Source of the DNA: an uncultured Pseudomonadota bacterium
GTDB taxonomy: Bacteria; Pseudomonadota; Gammaproteobacteria; Steroidobacterales; Woeseiaceae
Assembly (NCBI GenBank): GCA_963713215.1
Contig: CAVQKY010000005.1
Location: forward strand, 823,151-887,150
Direction: 5' to 3'
DNA: 64,000 nt
Under the pieces are notes generated by a model, which worked only from the letters and a program-made list of their open reading frames with translations, had not been told where the DNA came from and made no database searches. Both the position numbers and the translations under genes were made by a program. Below, in pieces: positions 25,965-36,478 of this stretch (the stretch's first letter is position 1; each line of letters begins with the position of its first letter).

Positions 25965-27026
25965 ATGACGGACTTGCAGGATCTCGGCTGGCGACCCTGC
26001 TTCGCCGCGCAGGCCGCTGAAGACATGGCCGGCCCGCCGGATGGCGGCCAGCCAGGGCTGGCGCCGGCGCGTGTCATGGCCGTGCATCGCGATCGCATCG
26101 AACTGGACGGCGAAGAAGTCCCGCACAGCGTGCGAGCGCCCGGACCGGTCGCCTCCGGCATTGCGGTCGGCGACTGGGTGATGGTGGACCGTTCAAGCGG
26201 GCGGGTGCGGCGCGTGCTGGAGCGTGCCGGCGTCTTCCGCCGCCGCGCCGCGGGCACGGCAGCCGAAATGCAGTACCTGGCGGCCAATGTGGACACCGTC
26301 TTCATCGTTACCTCAGCCAATCGCGAGTTCAATGCCGCGCGACTCGAGCGCTACCTGGCACTTGCGCACGACGCTGCCGCCTTTCCCGTGGTCGTCATCA
26401 CAAAGGCCGACTGCGTCGAGTCGGCGGACGAATTCATCGACGCGGCGCGGCACCTGGCCCCTGGCCTTGTCGTGGAAGCTCTCGACGCGCGGGATGCGGA
26501 GGCCGTCCGGCGACTCGAGCCATGGGGCGGCACCGGCCAGACGGTCGCACTTCTCGGCTCTTCCGGCGTCGGCAAGTCGACGCTCGTCAACAGCCTGACC
26601 GGCGGCGCGCAGGCGACGCATGCGGCGCGGCAAGCCGACCAGCGCGGCCGCCACACGACGACGGCCCGCTCGATGCACCGGCTGCCGGCCGGCGGCTGGC
26701 TGATCGATACGCCGGGGATGCGCGAGCTGCGACTTGCCGGTGTGGGCGATGCGCTGGAGGGCGTGTTTGCGGAAATCGCCGCGTTCGCGGCGGATTGCCG
26801 CTTCGCCGACTGCCGGCACGAACAGGAGCCGGGCTGCACGGTGCAGGCTGCGATCGCCCGGGGCGAATTAGACCCGCAGCGCCTCGCGCGCTTCCTGAAG
26901 CTCTGCGCCGAGGATCTGCGCAATGCCGCGAGCGTCGCCGAACGGCGCCAGCGCGACCGGGCCCAAGGGCGGCTGTACCGTGCCGTGCAGCACGAACAGC
27001 GGCGAAAAAAGCATGACGAGCATTGA
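25965..27026 (+). CDS. rsgA: ribosome small-subunit-dependent GTPase A
   Basis: ORF 25965..27026. LLGSSGVGKSTLVNSL P-loop, DTPGMRE, zinc knuckle CRFADCRHEQEPGCTV. Confidence 0.85.
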   Translation: MTDLQDLGWRPCFAAQAAEDMAGPPDGGQPGLAPARVMAVHRDRIELDGEEVPHSVRAPGPVASGIAVGDWVMVDRSSGRVRRVLERAGVFRRRAAGTAAEMQYLAANVDTVFIVTSANREFNAARLERYLALAHDAAAFPVVVITKADCVESADEFIDAARHLAPGLVVEALDARDAEAVRRLEPWGGTGQTVALLGSSGVGKSTLVNSLTGGAQATHAARQADQRGRHTTTARSMHRLPAGGWLIDTPGMRELRLAGVGDALEGVFAEIAAFAADCRFADCRHEQEPGCTVQAAIARGELDPQRLARFLKLCAEDLRNAASVAERRQRDRAQGRLYRAVQHEQRRKKHDEH

Positions 27027-27783
27027 TCTCAATGCGGACGTCGGCGAAGGGGAGCCGGCCGAGGACGCACTGCTCGACATCGTGTCGAGTTGCAGCATCG
27101 CCTGCGGCGGGCACGCGGGCGACGCGACGAGCATGGCGCGGACGATTGCGGCCGCACGTCTGCGCGGCGTGACGACAGGCGCGCACCCGTCGTATCCCGA
27201 CCGCGCCGGCTTCGGCCGCCGGAGCGGTTTTCTCGCCGGTGAACGGCTCTTTGACGCGCTGACGCACCAGGTACGCGAATTCGCGCGCATTGCGGCGGAC
27301 GCCGGTGTACGGACGGCGCACGTCAAGCTGCACGGCGCCCTGTATAACGAGGCCGCGCGCGATCGCGAGCTCGCCGGCATTGCCGCGCGCGTGGTGGCGG
27401 CGTTGCCCGGCGACGCCGCGCTCGTCGGCCCGCCGGATAGCGAGCTCGCATCCGCCGCCCGGCACCTCGGTGTGCGCTTTCTCGCCGAAGGCTTCGTCGA
27501 CCGTCGTTACCGCCCGGACGGAACGCTGGTGCCGCGCAGCGAAGCGGGGGCCGTACTGGAAACAGTGAGCGACGCAGTGGCCCAGGCGCTGTCGCTGGCC
27601 CGGGAGCACCGTGTCATGGCGCAAGACGGTTCTCGCATCGTGTTGCGTGCCGACACGCTTTGCATCCACGGGGACACGCCGGGCGCGGCAGAGACCGCGG
27701 CGGCGATCCGCAGAGCGCTCGTGGCGGCCGGCGTACGTATCGCGCCTCCGGCATCGATCGCCGGGGCGCGTGTCGATGCCTGA
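27013..27783 (+). CDS. pxpA: 5-oxoprolinase subunit A (LamB/YcsF)
   Basis: In-frame ATG 27013 of ORF 26923..27783. MTSIDLNADVGEG..SIACGGHAGD..GAHPSYPD. Confidence 0.85.
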   Translation: MTSIDLNADVGEGEPAEDALLDIVSSCSIACGGHAGDATSMARTIAAARLRGVTTGAHPSYPDRAGFGRRSGFLAGERLFDALTHQVREFARIAADAGVRTAHVKLHGALYNEAARDRELAGIAARVVAALPGDAALVGPPDSELASAARHLGVRFLAEGFVDRRYRPDGTLVPRSEAGAVLETVSDAVAQALSLAREHRVMAQDGSRIVLRADTLCIHGDTPGAAETAAAIRRALVAAGVRIAPPASIAGARVDA

Positions 27784-28417
27784 GTCCCTACAGAGCGAAG
27801 CCCGGCTGTGCGGCGACGATTTGTTCACTCTGCCGGTCGCCGACGCCGCTACGGCCCAACGCCTGGCGGCCGTATTGCGCGGCCAGGCGTACTGGCTCGA
27901 GGTGGTGCCCGGGCTCAACAGTGTGGTCGTGCAGTTCGATGCGGCCACGACCGACGCGGAAACCGCCCGCAAGCGCCTGCGCGCACTGCCGGTGCCGGAC
28001 GGCCCGGCCGCCGGGACGGCAGTACCGCTCGTGCGGGTACCGGTTCGTTACGGCGGTGAGGCGGGTCCCGACTTCGACGCCGTGTGCCGGAAACTCGGCC
28101 TGTCACGCGACGAACTGATCAGCGCGCACACCGGCGGCGCCCATTGCGTCGCCATGCTCGGTTTCACCCCCGGCTTCGCGTACGTCGCGGGGCTCGACCC
28201 CCGGCTCGACGTCGGCCGGCTGGCGTCGCCGCGGCAGCGTGTGCCTGCCGGGTCGGTCGGCATTGCCGGGGCATACACAGGCCTGTATGCACTGGCCGGT
28301 CCCGGCGGCTGGCCGCTGATCGGCCGGACTGAGCTTGCGCTGTTCGATGCCGGGGAGGCAGAAGCATTCAAGCTTGCCCCCGGGCAGCGTATCCGCTTCG
28401 AGGCGGTCGGCGCGTGA
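27776..28417 (+). CDS. pxpB: 5-oxoprolinase subunit B (KipI-like)
   Basis: In-frame ATG 27776 of ORF 27611..28417. GFTPGFAYVAGLDPRL..PRQRVPAGSVGIAG pattern of allophanate hydrolase subunit 1 family. Confidence 0.8.
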   Translation: MPESLQSEARLCGDDLFTLPVADAATAQRLAAVLRGQAYWLEVVPGLNSVVVQFDAATTDAETARKRLRALPVPDGPAAGTAVPLVRVPVRYGGEAGPDFDAVCRKLGLSRDELISAHTGGAHCVAMLGFTPGFAYVAGLDPRLDVGRLASPRQRVPAGSVGIAGAYTGLYALAGPGGWPLIGRTELALFDAGEAEAFKLAPGQRIRFEAVGA

Positions 28418-29361
28418 GCGTCCGGGTCGAACGCGCCGGCCCGCAGACGACGATCCAGGCGGGGCCACGTACCGGCCGGCGCCATCTCGGCGTACCGGCA
28501 TCCGGGGCCGCCGATGCCCTGTCGCTCGCGCTCGCGAACCGCCTGGTCGGTAATCGCGCGTTCGCCGCGGGTCTCGAAGTCACGTTGCAAGGGCCGATAC
28601 TCGTTTTCGACACCGCCGCGAGAATCGCTGTCACCGGTGCAGACGCGGACATCCGCCTGAACGGCGCGGACTGTCCTCTGCACACGACGCTTCAGGCGTG
28701 CGCCGGCGACCGGCTGGAAATCGGTGCCTGCTCGACCGGCGCGCGGACTTATGTTGCGATCGCTGGCGGCTTCGCGGCGCAAACGGTGCTCGGCTCCGTC
28801 TCGACGTACCTGCCCGCTGCCCTGGGCGGGCACCACGGCCGGGCGCTTGCGGCCGGCGATCGCCTGCAGCTGGCCGGCCCGCCGTGGACGGATGGTGAAG
28901 TCGCGACACCGCCGGAGTTCCGGCCCGTGCTGGTACACGGCTGGGCGCTGCGCGTATGCGCCGGTGCCGAGGCCGGGCGTCTCACCCGAGGCGCCCGCGA
29001 GGCCCTGGCTGACACGAACTGGATCGTTGGGCGCCGCGCCGACCGCATGGGCCAGGAGCTTTTGGGGACCGAACTCGAGATCGATAGCGCCGGACGGCTG
29101 CCGAGCGCGCCGGTGTTTCCAGGCACGGTGCAGTTGCCCGAAAACGGCGTGCCCTTTCTTCTCGGGGTCGATGCGCAGACCACGGGCGGCTACCCACGCA
29201 TCGCGCAGGTAGCACGTTGCGACCGTCACCTGATCGGGCAGCTCTCCCCCGGCGACCGCGTGCGATTCCTCGCGCGCGAGCCCCGGCAGGCCGCGCTCGC
29301 GCTGCAGGAAAAGCATGCGTACTGGCAGCGCTGGCTGCCCGAGATCGCGAGCGTGATATAG
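28414..29361 (+). CDS. pxpC: 5-oxoprolinase subunit C (KipA-like)
   Basis: ORF 28414..29361 (GTG start overlapping the pxpB stop). QDAGRxG-like TIQAGPRTGRRHLGVPASGAAD, GAVQLPENGVPFLLGVDAQTTGGYPRIA. Confidence 0.8.
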   Translation: MSVRVERAGPQTTIQAGPRTGRRHLGVPASGAADALSLALANRLVGNRAFAAGLEVTLQGPILVFDTAARIAVTGADADIRLNGADCPLHTTLQACAGDRLEIGACSTGARTYVAIAGGFAAQTVLGSVSTYLPAALGGHHGRALAAGDRLQLAGPPWTDGEVATPPEFRPVLVHGWALRVCAGAEAGRLTRGAREALADTNWIVGRRADRMGQELLGTELEIDSAGRLPSAPVFPGTVQLPENGVPFLLGVDAQTTGGYPRIAQVARCDRHLIGQLSPGDRVRFLAREPRQAALALQEKHAYWQRWLPEIASVI

Positions 29362-29396
29362 GGAGGCGACTTCGCCTCGCACGGCGCGTTCGCGTA

Positions 29397-31631
29397 TCAG
29401 GCTTCGCGCCGGGTCAGCTGATCGCCGATGGGCAGGCGGCGGATCCGTCGGCCGGTCGCCGCGTAGATCGCATTCATCAGCGCCGGAGCGGCGGAGGGCA
29501 GGCCGATCTCGCCGACACCCGTCGGCACGTCGTCGAAGGGCAGGATGTGCGCCTCGAATGCCGCCGGGAACGCGGCGATGCGCGCGAGCGGGTAGTCGTG
29601 GAAGTTGCTTTGCACGATCTGCCCGTCGCGGACGGTGATCTCGAGGCCGAGCGCGGTGCTGATGCCGTCGACCGTACCGCCCTGCAGCTGCGCCTCCACG
29701 GCCTTCGGGTGCACCGCGAAGCCGCAGTCGATCGCAGCGACGATGCGTTCGATCCGGAGCGCGCCCGCCGGGCTGACGCTCACCTCGATCGCGTGCGCGG
29801 CGTAGCCGCCGAACGTGAAATGCGAGGCGAGGCCGATGCCGCGGCCATTCTGCAGCGATTGCCCGTAAGCGATGCGCTCGGCGACGAACCTGAGCAGGCG
29901 GCTCAGGCGCCCCGGATTGAAGGTCGGGCCGCCATGACCGCCGTATGCCAGCTCACGCTCCTCGCCGTAGAGCTCGAGCCGGAATTCGAGTGGATCGCGC
30001 CCGGTTTCGGCGGCGATCTCGTCCAGGAAACTCTGGATGACAAAGGCGTTTGCCGTGTGGGCGGGTGCGCGCCAGGACCCGCGCGGAATGCCGATCGGGT
30101 TGTGGAAATACTCGAGTCGCAGGTTCTTGATGATCCGGCGGGGAAAGTCGTCTGCGTACAGTTCGGCCTCCCACAGCCTGTCATCCGGCATGTCGGGCCG
30201 GCGGTAGTACTTGCTCGCGCTGGCGAGACGCTGCGTCCAGGCGACGACGCGGCCATCATGGTCGAGTCCGGCGCGCATCTCGTGCAGCCCGGCCGGGCGA
30301 TAGAAGTCGTGCTTGACGTCGTCTTCCCGCGTCCACAGGAGCTGGATCGGCCAACCGGTCTGCTGCGAGACCAGTGCCGCCTCGGCAACGTAGTCGTTCG
30401 TGAGCCGGCGGCCGAACCCGCCGCCGCTGCGAGTAAATTCGACGTGGATGGCGTCGCGCTCGAGGCCCGTCGCCCAGGCGGCCGAGCGGGAGGCACCCGC
30501 GGGCATCTGCGTCGGCGCGACGATGTCGCAGCGACCATCGTGCACCCACGCAAAGCAGTTTTGCGGCTCGAGCGGCGCGTGGTTCACGAACGGTACCTCG
30601 TAACGCCGTTCGACCGTGGTCGCGGCGCCGGCCATCGCCGTTTCGAAGTCGCCGTCGTCGAGCACGACCTGACCACTGCCATCCAACATTCGCGCGTTCT
30701 GCTCCCAGAATCGCTCGGAGCTGTCTTCCGCGTTCGGCCCGCGGTCCCAGTCGATCTGCAGCGCCTCACGGCCGCGCAGAGCCGCCCAGGTCGACGTCGC
30801 GACGACGGCGACGCCGCTTGCGAGAATTTCGTAAGGTTCGCCCGGTGCCGGACCGTCGACGACGAACACGTCGAGCACGCCGTCTACCTTGCGCGCTGCC
30901 GAGTCGTCGACGGACCGGGGGCGGCCGTTCAGGAAGGGGCTGCGCGCAATCACTGCGTAACGCATGTCCGGGCGTCGTGTGTCGATGCCGTATCTGGCCT
31001 TGCCGGTAATGATGTCCCGGACCTCGACGTTGCCGTGCGGCTTGCCGACGATGCGATAGTCCTTCATCGGCATCAGTGCCGGGGTATCGTCGGGCAACGG
31101 CAGTGCCGCAGCGGTCTCTGCCAATTCGCCGTAGGACGCCTGCTCCCGGCCGCAGTGCACCTTGCCGCCGGCCGCCGAACAGGCCGCCGGTTCGACGCCA
31201 AAGCGCGCCGCCGCGGCGCGCACGAGCTGCTCCCGCGCAATTGCGCCGATCTCGCGCATGTACTGCCAGTTGCTGGTCAGGCCGGTGCTGCCGCCGACGC
31301 CCTGGCCGCCGTACTGCCAGGTGAATCCGTCCGCGGTCTGCACGAGTCCGAGCGGCATGGAGCGGACTTCCACGTCCGCCCAGTTCACGCGCAGTTCCTC
31401 TGCGACGAGCATCGGAAGCGCGGTGCGGATGCCCTGGCCGATTTCAGGCTGGTTGCTGCCGATCAGGACGCGCCCGTCGGGCCGGATTTCCACGAAGTAG
31501 CCGATCCGGCCATTGCCGCCTTCCGTCATGGCGGCGCGCACGGGGATTCCCACGACCAGGGCACCGGCCAGGCTTGCGCCGCCCACCAGGAACCGGCGTC
31601 GCGAAATGTGGCCTTTAGCGGCACTACGCAT
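29397..31631 (-). CDS. molybdopterin-binding oxidoreductase subunit (IorB / aldehyde oxidase beta-like), Tat signal
   Basis: ORF 29397..31631. [25 protein letters not shown] Tat signal, ~740 aa xanthine-dehydrogenase-family large subunit. Overlaps the 2Fe-2S subunit gene by 8 nt. Confidence 0.8.
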   Translation of the reverse strand: MRSAAKGHISRRRFLVGGASLAGALVVGIPVRAAMTEGGNGRIGYFVEIRPDGRVLIGSNQPEIGQGIRTALPMLVAEELRVNWADVEVRSMPLGLVQTADGFTWQYGGQGVGGSTGLTSNWQYMREIGAIAREQLVRAAAARFGVEPAACSAAGGKVHCGREQASYGELAETAAALPLPDDTPALMPMKDYRIVGKPHGNVEVRDIITGKARYGIDTRRPDMRYAVIARSPFLNGRPRSVDDSAARKVDGVLDVFVVDGPAPGEPYEILASGVAVVATSTWAALRGREALQIDWDRGPNAEDSSERFWEQNARMLDGSGQVVLDDGDFETAMAGAATTVERRYEVPFVNHAPLEPQNCFAWVHDGRCDIVAPTQMPAGASRSAAWATGLERDAIHVEFTRSGGGFGRRLTNDYVAEAALVSQQTGWPIQLLWTREDDVKHDFYRPAGLHEMRAGLDHDGRVVAWTQRLASASKYYRRPDMPDDRLWEAELYADDFPRRIIKNLRLEYFHNPIGIPRGSWRAPAHTANAFVIQSFLDEIAAETGRDPLEFRLELYGEERELAYGGHGGPTFNPGRLSRLLRFVAERIAYGQSLQNGRGIGLASHFTFGGYAAHAIEVSVSPAGALRIERIVAAIDCGFAVHPKAVEAQLQGGTVDGISTALGLEITVRDGQIVQSNFHDYPLARIAAFPAAFEAHILPFDDVPTGVGEIGLPSAAPALMNAIYAATGRRIRRLPIGDQLTRREA

Positions 31632-32100
31632 CGTCGGGTCCCTGCCGCAACAAGTCGGCGGCGCGATGAATGGCTTTGCGGATGCGCGGGTAGGTACCGC
31701 AACGGCAGATGTTCGTCAGGCCCGCGTCGATATCCGCGTCGCTCGGCTGCGGCTTCCGCGCCAGCAGGTCGACGGTGGCCATGATCTGGCCTGCCTGGCA
31801 GTAACCGCACTGCGGCACGTCAAGTTCGAGCCACGCCTGTTGCACGGGGTGCAGCCGTCCGTCGCCGGAGGCGAGTCCCTCGATCGTGGTGATTTCCGTC
31901 CCGCGGACGCCGCTGACCGGGGTCGTACACGCGCGCCGCGCCATCCCGTCGACATGGACCGTGCAAGCGCCGCACTGGCCGATACCGCAGCCATACTTGG
32001 TGCCGGTGAGCTGGAGGTGGTCGCGCAGGACCCACAGCAACGGCGTTTGCGCGTCGCCCTCGAAACGCACGGTCTTGCCATTGACCGAAAATGCAATCAC
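31624..32100 (-). CDS. (2Fe-2S)-binding small subunit (IorA-like)
   Basis: ORF 31624..32100 (GTG start). [12 protein letters not shown] and [10 protein letters not shown] cluster motifs. Confidence 0.85.
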   Translation of the reverse strand: MIAFSVNGKTVRFEGDAQTPLLWVLRDHLQLTGTKYGCGIGQCGACTVHVDGMARRACTTPVSGVRGTEITTIEGLASGDGRLHPVQQAWLELDVPQCGYCQAGQIMATVDLLARKPQPSDADIDAGLTNICRCGTYPRIRKAIHRAADLLRQGPDDA

Positions 32101-32253
32101 GACTTAATCCCCCGGTTGCCTGCTCTACGGCGAACGCCGCCCGACATCCCGCACGGCGATCTGTGCAGTAACTCCTCGGTTGACCGCAACGGATGCTGAG
32201 GGTTCCCGCGCAGGGCAAAGCTGCAATGCAACGGCCGGCGGCGGCCGCGCGGC

Positions 32254-32973
32254 TCAGCCGCGGCTTTCGGCCACGCGTTCGGCGCGCACGATGAAGCGAT
32301 CCGGCGCCGAGCCGACAAAGTAAAACGGGTGACAGGTGACGAGCGTGAGGCTGTCCGTGGACGTTGCGTCGAGGACATGTACATCAGCGGGCCGCACGAT
32401 CGAGAGCTCCGCAATTCGGTACAGGTGCGTGCCGTCCAGCGTCTCGAGTTCAACTTCGTCGCCGACGCGCACGTCCTTCAGCACGCGGAACCAGCTGTCG
32501 CGGTGCGCCGCGATGCCGGTATTGCCCGGCTCGCCCAGCCGTGGCGTTCCTTCGATGCGTCCGGCACCGCGGTTCAGGACCTCATCCGAAGTACCCGCGA
32601 ATACCGGCACTTCGAGATTCACGCGCGGTATGCGGAGTACCCCTTCGGGAACGTCGGCTGCGGCCTTCTGTGCCTCGCGAAACGCCGCGATGCGTGTCTG
32701 TGACCAGGAGGCCATGTCGGGATTTACGTCACTCTCACCGGGAAATTTCCGGGCCGCCTGCGGCGCTTCTGCGTTGTCGGGGACCTCGGCGGTCGCGGCC
32801 GCGGCGATTACCTGCGGCAATTCATCCCGCGCCTCCCGGGCAGCTGCAAAGGCCGAAAGGCCTTCGTCGTGTCCGCGGGCGCCCGTGTAAAGGTACCAGC
32901 CGGATACGGACAGGAGACCGACGCCCGTCACGAGCAACAGGATGGTGATGTGATCCAGCAGGCGTTCGCCCAT
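32254..32973 (-). CDS. sortase-family cysteine transpeptidase with N-terminal TM anchor
   Basis: ORF 32254..32973. TM ITILLLVTGVGLLSVSGWYLY. LRIPRVNLEVPVFAGTSDEVLNRGAG, catalytic His in NTGIAAHRD, TLxTC motif LTLVTCHP, Arg in DRFIVRAE. Confidence 0.75.
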   Translation of the reverse strand: MGERLLDHITILLLVTGVGLLSVSGWYLYTGARGHDEGLSAFAAAREARDELPQVIAAAATAEVPDNAEAPQAARKFPGESDVNPDMASWSQTRIAAFREAQKAAADVPEGVLRIPRVNLEVPVFAGTSDEVLNRGAGRIEGTPRLGEPGNTGIAAHRDSWFRVLKDVRVGDEVELETLDGTHLYRIAELSIVRPADVHVLDATSTDSLTLVTCHPFYFVGSAPDRFIVRAERVAESRG

Positions 32974-33014
32974 TGTGGCTCCGAATTCCTCGTGCTGCCC
33001 GGGACCGGGTGCGC

Positions 33015-33347
33015 CTATTTCCGGCGCCAGTTCCCGCCCGGATCCTGGTAATAGTGTCCCGGCGCCGTGCGCTCGACCGCGAGCTGGTAAAACCGCAGAC
33101 GCACCTGGTCCAGTGTCGCGTCGGTCTTCGCCGCCGCGCTTTCAAACTCCGCTTTGCGCTTCCGGTTGACGTCCTCGATCAGCGCGGCGACTTCCGCGCT
33201 TGGCGTACCGTTGACTGCCGCCAGGTAGCCGGTATTGGCTTCGCCGATGAGCCCCTGCTCCTTCGCCGATTGCAGGTCGATGGCCCATGCTGCCTGCGCG
33301 GCCACCAGCAGCATGACTGTCGCGATAAGTTTTTTCACGGTGGTCAC
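33015..33347 (-). CDS. ydbL: YdbL family periplasmic protein (DUF1318)
   Basis: ORF 33015..33347. Signal, then DLQSAKEQGLIGEANTGYLAAV..EDVNRKRKAEF, matching YdbL as I remember it. Confidence 0.75.
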   Translation of the reverse strand: MTTVKKLIATVMLLVAAQAAWAIDLQSAKEQGLIGEANTGYLAAVNGTPSAEVAALIEDVNRKRKAEFESAAAKTDATLDQVRLRFYQLAVERTAPGHYYQDPGGNWRRK

Positions 33348-33363
33348 CTCAAGAAAAATTCGC

Positions 33364-33549
33364 CTAGAACAACTCGCTGTCTTCCTCGAACATGTCCTCG
33401 AGTTCGCGGTCGACCTGGACCCGAATGTTGTGTTCGATCTTCACGTTCATGTTTATTTCAATCGGCTCTTTCGGCGCGGCGACCTGTACGGTCGGCGTGC
33501 AGGCCCAGAGGCTCGAAAGCAGGACGAGCAGTGCGGCGTGGCATTTCAT
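33364..33549 (-). CDS. ynbE: YnbE family lipoprotein
   Basis: ORF 33364..33549, 61 aa. Lipobox SLWAC|T, then PKEPIEINMNVKIEHNIRVQVDRELEDMF, typical of YnbE. Confidence 0.7.
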   Translation of the reverse strand: MKCHAALLVLLSSLWACTPTVQVAAPKEPIEINMNVKIEHNIRVQVDRELEDMFEEDSELF

Positions 33550-33627
33550 GGGGCCGGTTCCTCGAAAGACACCAGATGACTGATTGGAAGCTCATTGTGC
33601 AGCTTATCTCAGCGTTAAGCCGTTGTG

Positions 33628-36216
33628 CTACGGCGGCAGCTCGGCGGGCGGTTTCCGTGTACGGCGTTCGATGACGTCCTGTATGTCACGAGTTGCCTGC
33701 AGGCTTTCGAGCAACTGGGGAATGTTGTTCTCGACATTCAGGTTGAGGATAACCGGCTGCAACGGGTCCAGGTCCGGATTCACGCCTTCGAGCCGCAGCT
33801 TCATTACCAGGTCTCCCTCTTCCGAATAGCTCACGTCGGACCTCAGGCTGTCGTATTCCAGGTTCGACAGTGCCCGCTGTGCCAGGCCAAGCGCTGAACC
33901 GCTCTCGGGCGCGCTTTGCGCGTGGTAACGGATCACGCCGCCGGGCGGTTCGTTCGCCAGTTGCCCACCGGTGACCGTCACTTTGCCGTGGTCGACAGCG
34001 ACCGGCACCACGCCGGCCAGCGAGCCTGTCAGTTCTACCGACTCGAATTCTGCCAGCGCGGGAATTAACCCGAGCTGAATGCCGTCGACCTGCAGGACCG
34101 TATTGCCGGTAATACTGCCGATATCGAAGCGGAACGGCGCTGCGCGCAGGGTGCCGCCGAGCAGGCTGACCGAAAAATCTCCGATGCCGAGGATCGGGCT
34201 CGCCGTGTCCCAGCTGACAGTGGCCGCGAGGTTCTCGAGCGGCAGGCCGACGTCCAGGTAGCCGACGCCGATCAGCGCCGGTCCGATCACCGCCGCGCGC
34301 CCGGCCTCGAGGGTCAGCGGCACATCTGCGCGGATGCCGGTTGCCGCCAGGTCGTTCCAGACGCCTGCTGCGTCCGAGAGCAGGACGCGTCCGGTACCGG
34401 TCAGCGCACGTTCGGCCACACGCCATTCAATCGAGCCGGCCGCCCGCCCGGAACCCCGGGCGAGGTCCCACGGGTGCGGCCAGTCCGCGAACGACGCCGA
34501 CAGCGGTGCGGTGCCGAAGTCCAGAGCCGCGTCGTCAATCGTTACGGCAATCCGGTCCGGCGCCACGGCAACATCGATCCGGGCAGTGAGCGCGCGTGCG
34601 TCATCCGCGGCTTCAAGGCGTATGCGCCCGCTCGTACCGGTAAATGCCACGCGGCCGTCAAGGTCTGCGGTCACCAACGGTACACCGTCCCACACCACGT
34701 CCAAACGGTCTTTCGGCAGCTCGAAGCGGCTCGCGAGGCTTGGCTTCATCAGGTCGGCCGAAAACGCCTCGAGCCGCACGCGTGCGTCAGCGCTCAGGCT
34801 GTCTGCCGTCGCCATGCTGCCGATGTCGAGCACCAGTCGTTGTGCGGAAACGGTCAGTATCGCCGGCGCAGCAAAGAGCGACGCACCGGCGCTGTCGGCG
34901 AGGCGCAGGTTCCCGAGACGCCAGTCGCCGCCCTGCACATCCTTCGCGCGCAGGGAAGCCGGCACCGCAATCACCTCCCAGTCGTCCGCGACGACGCCGA
35001 GAGTGACGTCGCCGGCGAACTCCAGCTCGCCCAGGCGCCAGTCGCTGCCGCGCAAGTCGCGGGCGCTGAAGGAGGCCGGCGTGACCGTCACGTGCCATCC
35101 GCTCGCGAAGCCGAGCGTCACGTCGCCGGCGAGGTTCAGCCTCTCGACCCGGGCCATGCCGAAATCCGCCGCCCGGACATCCCCCGTTGCGGTTAGGTGG
35201 CAGACCTCCGGCGTGCAGTCGAGGTTCTGTACCGCAACACTGGCAATCTCCACCGCCGGGTGATGAGCGAGCATCGACAGCGAGGGTACGGAGAGCTGCC
35301 AGATCCGAGAAGGGTAACGGGCGCTGACTTCTACGGGGCTGAGCCCGGTGGCCTCCACGGCGAGATCCGCGGATACGCTGTAGCGGAGTCGCGCGCCGGC
35401 TTCGGGCGTGAGTGTTGCCTCGATGCCAGACATTCCCGCGCCGTCCGCTGCGACGGCCAGATCGATCTGTGCGGAACCGCTGCCCTCTGCCTCGACGCCG
35501 GCGGGTAATTCGAACGTGTCACGAGCAAGCGCCAGCAGCGGCGCAAAGTCGAGCACGATCGCCCCGCGGATCCGGTGGCCGGCCTCGACGCGGGCGATGT
35601 CGAGCCCGGCGGTGGCAGCCAGCGTCTGCGTGCCTTGCGTTGCCTGGAACGTCAGGCGGTGCAAGCCGGCATCGAGTTGCGTGGCCCGCACGTCGAGCTC
35701 GATGCCCGCCACCCGGGCGGACACCGCCTGGGACGCGCCTGCCGTCACCCATTCGGTGTCCCTGATTTCCGGCCATCCGGGCCACTCGATCCAATCCACC
35801 GCCACTTTCAGTTCGGGCAGACGACCGGGCAGGGTGAGGGCAAGTTCCAGCCATTCGCCGTAGGCGGGCGGCGGCTCGCCGGCCACAGACTCCGCCGGCG
35901 TGACGATGACGCGGCCGATCGCGGCTTCACGTACCGTGGTATCGGGCAGGGACAAAGGCACCCGCAGGTCCCTCAGGTCGTAGCGCGCCCCGTTGTTTTC
36001 CTGGTCGAGCAGGAGGCGGCGGAAGCGGACCTCGCCCGGCCGCAAGCGTGAAATCGACAGGTCGGCAACCCGGAAACCGCTGTCCGCCAGCGCCTGGTTC
36101 GCGAGCTTCAAGGCGAGCGCCTCGCGCTTTACGTGCAGCGTGACCAGGACAGCCACGACAATGAGTACGGTGGCGCCGAGCAGGTATATGGCAAACCTCA
36201 GGCCGACGCGACGCAC
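33628..36216 (-). CDS. ydbH: YdbH-like AsmA-family intermembrane lipid-transport protein
   Basis: ORF 33628..36216 (GTG start). N-terminal TM anchor, ~860 aa repetitive beta-rich body, C-terminus LLGGTLRAAPFRFD..GVVPVAVDHGKVTVTGGQLANEPPGGVIRYH. Sits directly upstream of ynbE-ydbL, as in E. coli. Confidence 0.7.
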   Translation of the reverse strand: MRRVGLRFAIYLLGATVLIVVAVLVTLHVKREALALKLANQALADSGFRVADLSISRLRPGEVRFRRLLLDQENNGARYDLRDLRVPLSLPDTTVREAAIGRVIVTPAESVAGEPPPAYGEWLELALTLPGRLPELKVAVDWIEWPGWPEIRDTEWVTAGASQAVSARVAGIELDVRATQLDAGLHRLTFQATQGTQTLAATAGLDIARVEAGHRIRGAIVLDFAPLLALARDTFELPAGVEAEGSGSAQIDLAVAADGAGMSGIEATLTPEAGARLRYSVSADLAVEATGLSPVEVSARYPSRIWQLSVPSLSMLAHHPAVEIASVAVQNLDCTPEVCHLTATGDVRAADFGMARVERLNLAGDVTLGFASGWHVTVTPASFSARDLRGSDWRLGELEFAGDVTLGVVADDWEVIAVPASLRAKDVQGGDWRLGNLRLADSAGASLFAAPAILTVSAQRLVLDIGSMATADSLSADARVRLEAFSADLMKPSLASRFELPKDRLDVVWDGVPLVTADLDGRVAFTGTSGRIRLEAADDARALTARIDVAVAPDRIAVTIDDAALDFGTAPLSASFADWPHPWDLARGSGRAAGSIEWRVAERALTGTGRVLLSDAAGVWNDLAATGIRADVPLTLEAGRAAVIGPALIGVGYLDVGLPLENLAATVSWDTASPILGIGDFSVSLLGGTLRAAPFRFDIGSITGNTVLQVDGIQLGLIPALAEFESVELTGSLAGVVPVAVDHGKVTVTGGQLANEPPGGVIRYHAQSAPESGSALGLAQRALSNLEYDSLRSDVSYSEEGDLVMKLRLEGVNPDLDPLQPVILNLNVENNIPQLLESLQATRDIQDVIERRTRKPPAELPP

Positions 36217-36235
36217 GGTATGGCGGGAGCGCCGA

Positions 36236-36478
36236 TCAGTCTTTAAGTGCCCGCCGGACGCGCTCGTAGCCGTCCTTCAGTTCCCTGCCGAGGGAGCGCA
36301 CGGCCTCGTTCAGGCCGTCGCCGGAACGTTGCAGCTCCGCTTTCTCGGCGAATTGTTTCATTTTTCGTTCCAGGTCCTGCCAGTCGTCGGTCACGTCCTT
36401 GCCGGCCAGGTGCATCTTGAGCCTGAGTTCGTCCCGCTTCTGCCGGAGTTGCTCGAGGATCTTGTCGTATTCAGCCAT
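36236..36478 (-). CDS. small charged coiled-coil protein, unknown function
   Basis: ORF 36236..36505. ATG 36478 (MAEYDKILEQLRQKRDELRLKMH..) has AAGGAG 7 nt upstream. The stop is 20 nt before ydbH. No family recognised. Confidence 0.45.
   Translation of the reverse strand: MAEYDKILEQLRQKRDELRLKMHLAGKDVTDDWQDLERKMKQFAEKAELQRSGDGLNEAVRSLGRELKDGYERVRRALKD

Noticed and set aside
29363-29378. Hairpin GAGGCG-ACTT-CGCCTC between convergent pxpC and the oxidoreductase gene, as a bidirectional terminator
   Set aside because: A 6-bp stem with no flanking T/A tracts on either strand is too weak to call.
29217-31784. 855-aa ORF on the + strand
   Set aside because: It is antisense to the IorB/IorA-like oxidoreductase genes, which have clear Tat, molybdopterin and 2Fe-2S motifs. 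The + translation is low-complexity (R/A/G/D-rich).
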